Source: an uncultured archaeon (GTDB lineage Archaea > Asgardarchaeota > Thorarchaeia > Thorarchaeales > Thorarchaeaceae). Taken from it: a DNA stretch of 32,000 nt. Made by a program: the position numbers and the translations under genes. The notes beneath the pieces are model-generated. The model did not search any database. It saw only the letters and a program-made list of their open reading frames with translations, and was not told the DNA's origin. The stretch is from the NCBI GenBank assembly GCA_964648855.1, contig CAZYLT010000002.1, positions 30,001 to 62,000 on the forward strand, written 5' to 3'. Shown here one piece after another: positions 9,642 to 17,861 of this stretch (its first letter is position 1; each line of letters begins with the position of its first letter).

Positions 9642-10388
9642 ATGAAAATTGAGTCAATTAGATGCCTCATCTTCGATATTGGAGGCACTATAAACGGTCC
9701 ACGTTTTGATGGAGTTGACTTTCTACGCTATTTCTTAAAAGAGGCTGACTTGAGAAAAGCAAGCAATCTGCCTGCACACAGACTTAGAGCGGCACAAGAG
9801 AAAGCATCGTCTTGGCTAAATGATTACATGATTGAGAATAATGTTCCCCCAAAGTGGGAGATGATATTCCCTAAAAAGATTCGTTATTCCGGTATCATTT
9901 TGGAATCGTTGCGGATTGAAGAGCCCCCTGAACGCCTTGCTAGCGCATATGATAGGAAGCTGGAGTTTGCAGTAGAGGAGATTGGGGCGGTCATGGCAGA
10001 GAACTGCAAGAGCGTATTAGAAACCCTCTCTACTCGTGGTTATCATCTTGGAATCGCCTCAAACAGATTTGGTGACCCGTCCGGCTATTTCAGACGCCAT
10101 AGCCTAGAATCGTTCTTTGAAGTTATTCAGTATTCCTTGGTACCTGGCTATCGAAAACCCTCACCCTATATGCTACTTGAAGTGGCTGAAGAACTGTCAA
10201 TCAATCCTTTGAAATGTGCTTATGTCGGCGACACAATCAAGTATGACATCAAAGCCACAAAACGGGCGGGAATGCTACCCATTCTTACCACTGAATTTCA
10301 GCAGTCTTCTGACGGCTTCTATTCTGATGAATGGTTGACGGTTTCAAACCTCTCTGATTTGATTACAATCTTCCAATCGGGAAAATAG
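9642..10388 (+). CDS. HAD-superfamily hydrolase
   Basis: Motif I FDIGGTI, motif II IASN, motif III KPSP, motif IV YVGDTIKYD. Confidence 0.88.
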   Translation: MKIESIRCLIFDIGGTINGPRFDGVDFLRYFLKEADLRKASNLPAHRLRAAQEKASSWLNDYMIENNVPPKWEMIFPKKIRYSGIILESLRIEEPPERLASAYDRKLEFAVEEIGAVMAENCKSVLETLSTRGYHLGIASNRFGDPSGYFRRHSLESFFEVIQYSLVPGYRKPSPYMLLEVAEELSINPLKCAYVGDTIKYDIKATKRAGMLPILTTEFQQSSDGFYSDEWLTVSNLSDLITIFQSGK

Positions 10389-10679
10389 AGGGCCCAATCA
10401 CGAAACCGACCGTGGTGGCTGTGCTCTACGTGTCGCCACGTAGACCATGTCAGAGTCAGTAATCAGGCCCAGTAGCATACTGCTTCTTGTTTGATAAATG
10501 TACGTTCTGGTCGAATTGAATCGTCTTTGCGCATTTTCTTCTGGAAGTGGGGGGGTGACAACACGCAATCTCCATTCATAACACCCGCAAAGAAGTGCTT
10601 GGCGGATACAGAAGCAATTCTTTTCCTCTAGTGCGCCTATGCCCCTCCTATAAGCCATTTGGCTAAACGAACCTGTCGA

Positions 10680-10742
10680 AATTATTAAAAGCATCGCACA
10701 ACGTGGCTTCAAAAAGCCTTGACCACTCCTAGTGGTCAGGCC
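10680..10742 (+). promoter_or_regulatory. Putative tuf promoter and 5'-UTR hairpin
   Basis: ATTATTAAAA at 10681, followed by stem GCCT-TGACCACT cct AGTGGTCA-GGC before the TTG start. Confidence 0.4.
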
Positions 10743-10766
10743 TTCATAAAAACGTGGTGAATTAGA

Positions 10767-12083
10767 TTGAGTAAGAAAGATAAAGAACACCTCAATCTGG
10801 TCGTCATAGGGCACGTCGACCACGGTAAAAGCACTATGACGGGCAGATTGTTGTACGAGACAGGTGCAGTAGACGAGAGGACATTCCAAGCACACAAGGC
10901 TGAAGCTGAGAAACTTGGTCGTCCATCCTGGGCTTGGGCGTTCGCCCTTGACAGGCTTAAAGAAGAACGAGAGCGCGGTCTAACCATTGACATTGCGTTC
11001 TTCAAATTCTTGACTGACAAGTACTACTACACCATTATTGACGCTCCTGGACACAAAGACTTCATTAAGAACATGATTACTGGAGCATCGCAGGCTGACG
11101 TAGCTCTGCTTGTTGTTTCAGCCAAGAAGGGAGAATTTGAGGCTGGAATCGGCCCTGGCGGCCAGACCAAAGAACATGCTTACCTTGCAAAGACACTCGG
11201 TGTCGATAACCTGATTGTGTGTATCAACAAGATGGACGACGAGAGCGTTGATTACAGTGAAGATCGTTACAAAGAGGTCAAGGAAGAGGTAATGGGCTTC
11301 CTGAAGAACATCGGATTCAAGACAGATCAAGTGGAATTCATTCCCACTTCAGCTCTATCCGCTGCTAACCTCAAAGAACAAACTCCTGACTTGACTCCAT
11401 GGTACGAAGGAATCAGCCTTCTTGAGGCCCTGGACACTGTTGAGCTTCCTCCGAAGCCCATCGACAAACCACTGCGAATACCCATCAATGACGTCTACTC
11501 TATCAAGGGCGTTGGTACTGTTCCAGTTGGTCGTGTCGAAACTGGTGTCTTGAAGCCTGGAATGAAAGTCACATTCATGCCTCCCAATAAGACCGGTGAG
11601 GTCAAGACGGTTGAGATGCATCACGAGATGCTCGATGAGGCTGTACCTGGTGACAACATAGGCTTCAATGTGCGCGGAGTTGAACGGAAAGATCTTGGTC
11701 GCGGAGACGTTGCCGGACCTACTGACCAACCACCCACAGTCGCAGCAGACTACACGGGTCAAATCATGGTCATTCAGCATCCGACCGCTATCACTGTTGG
11801 TTACACACCGGTCATTCACGCTCACACTGCCCAGATAGCATGCAGGTTCGACGAGCTCCTGCAGAAGCTGGACCAGAGAACCGGTCAAGTCACACAGGAG
11901 AACCCTGACTTCGTGAAGCGCGGAGAGAGCATGATAGCAAAGCTAGTCCCTCTCAAGCCGATGGTGATAGAGCCGTACAAGGAACTCCCACAGCTCGGAC
12001 GCTTTGCGGTCCGGGATATGGGTATGACCGTCGCAGTCGGTGTCGTGACAAAAGTTACACCTCGCGAACCAAGCAAGAAATAG
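10767..12083 (+). CDS. tuf: Translation elongation factor EF-1 alpha (intact)
   Basis: [55 protein letters not shown]. Confidence 0.99.
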   Translation: MSKKDKEHLNLVVIGHVDHGKSTMTGRLLYETGAVDERTFQAHKAEAEKLGRPSWAWAFALDRLKEERERGLTIDIAFFKFLTDKYYYTIIDAPGHKDFIKNMITGASQADVALLVVSAKKGEFEAGIGPGGQTKEHAYLAKTLGVDNLIVCINKMDDESVDYSEDRYKEVKEEVMGFLKNIGFKTDQVEFIPTSALSAANLKEQTPDLTPWYEGISLLEALDTVELPPKPIDKPLRIPINDVYSIKGVGTVPVGRVETGVLKPGMKVTFMPPNKTGEVKTVEMHHEMLDEAVPGDNIGFNVRGVERKDLGRGDVAGPTDQPPTVAADYTGQIMVIQHPTAITVGYTPVIHAHTAQIACRFDELLQKLDQRTGQVTQENPDFVKRGESMIAKLVPLKPMVIEPYKELPQLGRFAVRDMGMTVAVGVVTKVTPREPSKK

Positions 12084-12100
12084 TATAGTAGATGTAATTT

Positions 12101-12133
12101 GGGTCCATGAAGTGGACCCCTATCTATTTTTTT
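12101..12133 (+). terminator. tuf terminator (hairpin plus T-tract)
   Basis: GGGTCCA-tgaag-TGGACCC followed by TATCTATTTTTTT. Confidence 0.65.
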
Positions 12134-12552
12134 AATCATATTCCAGAAGTACAATGTTGAATCTACAAACTCAAAATGGATAGGAGAAATAGTTACTAGC
12201 TCGACAACTCGGAAATATGCCGACAAGGACACCTTGCTAAATTTCACTGAGAAGATTCTAGGACTTGAATTCCTTCTATAATATTTGTTAGCAATCCCTC
12301 TCAATAGTATTTCTACATTGTATTCCACATATAAGACATCTCTAGTAAACGGCTCTGTAGAAAAAGTCCGCGGGGTTGGAGTAGAGAAGACTGAAATAGC
12401 CATTGAATCGACACTCGAACCTCATATTCTGACATTTCAAGATTATGACAAGACCCGATTTAGCATGTCGATGTGAATTATTCTACAGAGCCCTAGTAAA
12501 CTACATATAGAAAGGGTTTCCAATGGACTATTGATTCTAAGACTAGTTGTGA

Positions 12553-13137
12553 TTGGAGGAAAAAAGGATGCTACTTCAAGAATCAGTTATTGGTCTTGGG
12601 CCTGGTATTGCAATCATACTTCTCATTGTAGTAATTTTCCTATTGATAGTGCATTCAAAGAAATCCAAGCCTTCATCTGACTATGATTTAAAATCTGAAC
12701 GTTGGCTCAAAGAGGAATCTCCACTCACAACATCACATAAGACTGAATTAATCGAAGCAGTGCATATTGCACTGATGTTTCTGTTAACAATCCCCTTCTA
12801 TCTGTATGGTGGGAACATCCTTTATGGTTATATTCTCTTCTTATTACCCGATGAGCTTGTAGCTCTTGTAGTGCGAGCTGCCCTTTCAGTCCTAATTGTC
12901 GAGTTCTTTTTCAATTGGATTCCGTATCTGGTTTTTCATTTCAAACGATGGAGAACAAAAGGATTGTATATTCTCTTTTCGGGGATTTCCTTTGCAAGTC
13001 TAACATACTTCGTTCTGTCTCCCCAATACTTCGAGGGAGAGGCATTCATCGGAATGGGATTTATTTGGATTATCTGTGGTATCATTATACATCTTCTTTT
13101 CAATAGGATAGGATGGTACAACAAGAAGTCTAAATAA
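12553..13137 (+). CDS. Hypothetical membrane protein, about 5 TM helices (cargo)
   Basis: Multiple hydrophobic helices, AT-rich. Start may be ATG 12568. Confidence 0.75.
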   Translation: MEEKRMLLQESVIGLGPGIAIILLIVVIFLLIVHSKKSKPSSDYDLKSERWLKEESPLTTSHKTELIEAVHIALMFLLTIPFYLYGGNILYGYILFLLPDELVALVVRAALSVLIVEFFFNWIPYLVFHFKRWRTKGLYILFSGISFASLTYFVLSPQYFEGEAFIGMGFIWIICGIIIHLLFNRIGWYNKKSK

Positions 13138-13275
13138 TAGGAGTGCCAAACCTTGCTTCTCAAGGTCCTCTCAAGATTCAAGCCGCTTTGACAGTCTGAT
13201 TATCAAATACGAGTTTAAATAGAAAACTCCAATCTATACGTTTGAAATCCATAATTCGTAGGAGATGATACACAA

Positions 13276-13791
13276 ATGACGGACTGTAACGATTGGGTTC
13301 CAACTGCGTGGTCAGTGAGTAGGACTAATGTCACAGACACCTCTTTAGTAGTCAGCCAGACTTTGTACTGGAGTTCCACAAAAATGGAAACCCTTCAGGA
13401 GATGGGCGGTTTCTATCTGTACGAAATCCGCAGAAATGCAGATTACTGGGATTTCCTTCAACCTGGAGCTCTTTGTATATATTGTTTTATAGAAATTTCC
13501 ACTAACTTCCCAAATCCAGACCCTATCACATTTACGGAGGAAGAAGGTGCTGCAATTTCTGCTTGCTGTCTTCGCCTGCCAGATGATGAAGAAGCACAAG
13601 TGAATGTGCCTATTGATCAAATGGAATCAGGATACTATTATGCAAGTTTGAAGATGATTCGTCTTGAAAAGGACAAGCAATTCACCCTGTGGAGTGAATC
13701 AGAGTGGTGTTGTTCGTGGCTTTGGTGCAACTTTGGATCTCCGGATTGTTTCCAATCATGTACCATGACTACACAGACATTCACATCATAG
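13276..13791 (+). CDS. Cys/Trp-rich hypothetical protein (cargo)
   Basis: SD GGAGATGA, TATA-like TTTAAAT upstream, 10 Cys including CC pairs and a C-terminal cluster. Confidence 0.78.
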   Translation: MTDCNDWVPTAWSVSRTNVTDTSLVVSQTLYWSSTKMETLQEMGGFYLYEIRRNADYWDFLQPGALCIYCFIEISTNFPNPDPITFTEEEGAAISACCLRLPDDEEAQVNVPIDQMESGYYYASLKMIRLEKDKQFTLWSESEWCCSWLWCNFGSPDCFQSCTMTTQTFTS

Positions 13792-13804
13792 GAGGAGATA
13801 ATTT

Positions 13805-14470
13805 ATGAATAAGAAGATAGGTTCAATAGAGAAGGTTACAGAGGATTTGCAAAGACACGGGCGAGCAGCAATGGAAACTGACAAGGAAATTCTGAGGTTT
13901 GCTCGTGCACGTGACAACTATGTCCAAGTGACTTCCCGGATATATCCCAAGTCTATTTCTGAGCTTGAACAATATAGAACAACCTCACTGAAGCGCCTCG
14001 CTTCCTTGCCAGGAGGGTATCGACGGCATCATGCAGCTATCACTCTGAAAAAGATGATGCCTATGACTCGTGTAGATGAAATACAATCTACGGCTGGATT
14101 GGACGTATTCGGGATAAAAATCCAAGGCACACACGGTTTTATCACTATGTCCAAGTATCCAATAGACGTTTCTTGGATTACTGAAGCCGAAGAGGTGACG
14201 AGGAAAAACATGATTGAAACAGAAACCCTTGAAGAAGGAGAACGATTTTCCCTTATAGAGGGAGTGGTCGCTGTATACGTCAATGCAACACATGATGCAT
14301 TAGAAAAACTACTAGATGAGGATGACATATATCTAATAGATGTAGGGCCTCAAGAACACATGGATAACCTGGCGGTAGTATCTGCAGGTACAGAACATGA
14401 ATGGAAACCAGTATTGGGGCCACTGTTGGATATAGCTCATTACATCAATAAGCATTCAAATACTGAATAA
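13805..14470 (+). CDS. Hypothetical protein co-transcribed with 13276..13791 (cargo)
   Basis: AGGAGGAG SD at the upstream stop. 221-aa globular-looking ORF. Confidence 0.78.
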   Translation: MNKKIGSIEKVTEDLQRHGRAAMETDKEILRFARARDNYVQVTSRIYPKSISELEQYRTTSLKRLASLPGGYRRHHAAITLKKMMPMTRVDEIQSTAGLDVFGIKIQGTHGFITMSKYPIDVSWITEAEEVTRKNMIETETLEEGERFSLIEGVVAVYVNATHDALEKLLDEDDIYLIDVGPQEHMDNLAVVSAGTEHEWKPVLGPLLDIAHYINKHSNTE

Positions 14471-14562
14471 TGAATCAAATTTCGGCAATTCCCTGCTATT
14501 TTCATACAGATGAAATCTAGAGTTTTGTGAATTGATAGGATATACCAAAATCATCACACATC

Positions 14563-14661
14563 CTCCCACAGTTGGGTCGCTTCGCAGTTCGTGACATGGG
14601 AATGACAGTAGCAGTTGGCGTTGTCACAAAGGTCACTCCTCGTGAGCCAGGCAAGAAATAA
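14563..14661 (+). pseudogene. tuf: EF-1alpha 3'-end relic A (last 32 codons)
   Basis: [32 protein letters not shown]. Not in the ORF track. Followed by hairpin GGGGC-cagagt-GCCCC and a T-rich tract. Confidence 0.93.
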
Positions 14662-14799
14662 ATCACATTGGGGCCAGAGTGCCCCTCTATCCTCTTTTCA
14701 TTTTCTGCATAATTCTGATTCAACAACTCATATGTATGTACTCACGGTAGGTACAGTCATCAGTGGCATGTGAGCACAATAGGGATTTCTCGACCTTGA

Positions 14800-15111
14800 T
14801 CACGGCTGTAAATCAAGAAACTTGGTACTGGCAATTCGTGCCTCGATTTCGGTGGGTAGTGGTGTTTCAGGGTCATCAGGATTGCGTTTCATACTTCTTC
14901 TGCTTATACCATTCAACCAATCCTGCAATTCCTTCTCATTCAGGATATTGGTGATAATTGCCCGTTTTGAGCTCTTCTCTCCCAACCTGAGCATTACTTC
15001 TTCTCCCTGCTCCCGCCTTTGCTCTACTTCAGCAAGCATCTCGCGTATCTCCTCCCATGTGGTAGCAGTTTCAGAGAAGAACCAGTCCTCATATTCAGGG
15101 TCGTTAAGCAT
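14800..15111 (-). CDS. Small hypothetical protein, TTWEEIRE family (homolog of 5074..5379)
   Basis: TTWEEIRE..VE..R..GE.V.L.L.E.S.KRA......NE.EL.D.L....RRSM....PD..E..LPT...A.I is shared with 5074..5379. Confidence 0.82.
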   Translation of the reverse strand: MLNDPEYEDWFFSETATTWEEIREMLAEVEQRREQGEEVMLRLGEKSSKRAIITNILNEKELQDWLNGISRRSMKRNPDDPETPLPTEIEARIASTKFLDLQP

Positions 15112-15160
15112 CTTGCTATATCATTCACGCTCCGGCTAGATAAACATAACCTATCCGATT

Positions 15161-15567
15161 GAGTCGAACGGAAAAATCTTGGTCGCGGAGACGTGGCTGG
15201 TCCGACCGATAAGCCGCCTACCGTCGCTGCTGATTACACGGGCCAGATCATGGTCATCCAGCATCCAACGGCAATAACCGTGGGATACACTCCCGTTATC
15301 CATGCTCATACAGCCCAGATTGCATGCAGGTTCGATGAGCTTCTACAAAAGCTTGACCAGCGGACTGGTCAGGTCACACAGGAGAACCCTGACTTCGTGA
15401 AGCGCGGAGAGAGCATGATAGCAAAGCTAGTCCCTCTCAAGCCGATGGTGATAGAGCCGTACAAGGAGCTCCCGCAGCTCGGGCGCTTTGCTGTCCGTGA
15501 CATGGGGATGACCGTCGCAGTCGGTGTTGTGACGAAAGTTACACCTCGCGAACCAAGCAAGAAATAG
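15161..15567 (+). pseudogene. tuf: EF-1alpha 3'-end relic B (407 nt, matches 11677-12083)
   Basis: Gap-free alignment with only two amino-acid changes (D>N, Q>K). Followed by its own hairpin and T-rich terminator at 15584-15623. Confidence 0.95.
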
Positions 15568-16185
15568 TTTAACTCATAGTACCAGAACCGGGTCCAAACG
15601 GCCCGCGTTCTATTCTTATTTTATATCACACATTGATTGCCTCACACTGAGAAATAGAAAATCCATAAGAAATCAGTTCCATGTATAACTTGAGAGAAGC
15701 AGGTAGTTGGGCATATATCTAGTGGTCCTATACGGTGGGGTTGTCTTATTGACGCTGTACTTGAGCCGTGATAAGAGAGTGAAGCACTCCACAGATCACT
15801 CATTTGAAATGGAACAAATGGGGCAAGATGCATTAGAAAAGAAGGCAAGTTATTTGTAGGAATATATTGATGCTACAAGAAAATTACACCATGACTAATT
15901 CTTGGTTAACCAGAAAGGCTCTGAACCTTACTCAGCAATCAATCTCTAAAATGTTGTATAATTCCGGTATCTGTTTATGACATGTCAACTCTACTACAAA
16001 TCTCTCTCAGCTACCTTTAGTTTATGTTCTCCCATCTCTAGACCACTAACTTGAAGAATATACTCGGATATAGGAACTCTACTAGTCTGCGATTTGCGGG
16101 ATTGTACGGTATTGTCCAATCCCGGTGTTCATAGTCAATTCGAAGGAATATTATTCGCATATCAGCATCCAATATGTGACCACTG

Positions 16186-16860
16186 ATGACGCATGAAGAA
16201 CACCCTAACAACAGACCAATCAATTCCCGTGGCCTCATACTCCTCTTTCTACTATTCCTGTTAGTATCTCATGGTGCCTTCATTATCTTCATCGGGCCTG
16301 AAAATTTAGCTCCGATGATTCTAATACTCTCAGTGCCTATATCACTATCAATCGTGTATTGGATAGTAAGAAGGAATACTTGACAGCTATATCAATCGGC
16401 AATCATAAAGCAACATCCGGTAAGATTTACGAACTAGAATCCCGTGTAACTCATGATTCATGAAGGAAAAGCTGATTATGACGATTTTCCCTCAAGAGGG
16501 GAGCCAAATTCTCTTCGTTGAGTTCTCTTTGGAGCACATCTATTATCGGCGGCAATTCTGTTCTTCCTAACTTTCTCTTACTTGCACCCCAAGTATTCTT
16601 TCCCATTTCTTTGGTCCCCATCCCAACGCTTGTCTTCTTGTTGTATATTGCATACCGGTGGGCATATGGAAGGCCGGTATTAGGCTATGACACGCATCGA
16701 GATCAAAGAATTCTTGACGACATGAGAAAACACGCTCTTCGCGCAGAGAGAGTTGGAGGCCTTGAAGTGTACAGATGCCCACAATGTCAAATGTCCTTTG
16801 AACTTGTTAATGCACCGTAATTAAAGATGGTTTAGTACTTTGTCCGCATTATGGAGTACA
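16186..16860 (+). pseudogene. Fragmented membrane protein gene with a C-terminal zinc ribbon
   Basis: Two TM-rich ORFs (16186..16383, 16518..16820). The second has CPQC, and VLCPHYG follows in another frame just after its stop. Confidence 0.5.
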
Positions 16861-16991
16861 CTAATAGTAGGATAACATATCCTAATAATTAAAAAAACTC
16901 GGGTGCCCAGGAGCTTCATAACTATGGTAACTTCTCATAAAAAGGAAAGTGAAGGTGGCTCAATTCAAGCCACCGTCTTCTATGTTGTTGA

Positions 16992-17669
16992 CTATTCTAT
17001 CTTGAGATTGTCTTCAATCTCAATGACGCCTGCAGTGAATTCAGCTGCATTAATCGTAGATCGATATGCAGACCAGCTGGGTACCGTGCCCGTTAGGGTC
17101 ACTTCCCCATTCTTAACCCTGACATTGACATCGTCAACATCAACATTGAGATTTCGATCTAATGCTGAGGTGATGTCTTCAGCAATCGCCTTATCGACAA
17201 TACTCTCTGTTGGAACAACAGCAATCTCGTTTTGAATATCTATGACTCCATCAACATCGCTTGCCAGTTGTTCAGCACGAATCTTCTTCCAATATGCGTC
17301 AACAGATCCTTCTAGCTCAACAAATCCAGCATTAACCTTGGTATCAACATCTGTTGAGTCTATGTACGTATTCCATAGGAGTCGGTTGTCGATTTTCGTT
17401 TTAATGGTGTCATCTGTCGGTACCTTGTAGGTTGTGGGGAATTCGACTTCAATCTCGTTTTCCACACCACTTACACCGTCAATGGTCCAAGCATCAAGGA
17501 CTGCATCCTCTCGTGCCCTATAACTGGGCACATTTCCGGATAGTTTCACGGTACTTCCATGTACTTCAACTTTGATGTCAGAAGCATTAACACGGTCATC
17601 CCAATAGAGTTGGTCAACAACGCGTTTCTTGAGTGATTCTTCTGTCTTAGTCATCTTGAAAACCTTCAT
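16992..17669 (-). CDS. Triple BON-domain protein (OsmY-like)
   Basis: Three repeats of I/V.V.V..G.V.L.G.V...A....GV..V.N.I. Confidence 0.92.
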   Translation of the reverse strand: MKVFKMTKTEESLKKRVVDQLYWDDRVNASDIKVEVHGSTVKLSGNVPSYRAREDAVLDAWTIDGVSGVENEIEVEFPTTYKVPTDDTIKTKIDNRLLWNTYIDSTDVDTKVNAGFVELEGSVDAYWKKIRAEQLASDVDGVIDIQNEIAVVPTESIVDKAIAEDITSALDRNLNVDVDDVNVRVKNGEVTLTGTVPSWSAYRSTINAAEFTAGVIEIEDNLKIE

Positions 17670-17861
17670 GCAAGGACACCCCTCGCATCATGTTCCTATT
17701 ATTTGCACAACTTTTAAAATTTTGCATATAATGCACACAAATATTGTACTTATGGTGCAAATTATTACAAGCGCCCTTTTCTAAACCAAGTCTTTCCTGA
17801 TTTCACCTTTCATACTATACATAAAGAAATTCACACTATAACTACACAGAGGAGAAACGAG

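Noticed and set aside
10398-10895. 165-aa minus-strand ORF overlapping the tuf start
   Set aside because: It overlaps tuf antisense and its promoter, and has no recognisable motif.
222-15560. Repeated minus-strand ORFs (222..449, 4761..4976, 11885..12403, 14517..14726, 15369..15560)
   Set aside because: They are antisense shadows of the rps12 and tuf 3' ends; their similarity is explained by the sense-strand genes.
15193-15567. Stand-alone EF-1alpha domain III mini-protein
   Set aside because: The start is an internal Val codon and homology begins 32 nt upstream, mid-codon. Expression cannot be excluded, but a displaced gene end is the simpler explanation.
235-15567. Repeats as a simple assembly artefact of identical sequence
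   Set aside because: The copies differ at many synonymous sites, have different breakpoints and distinct downstream sequence. Long-read confirmation is still desirable.
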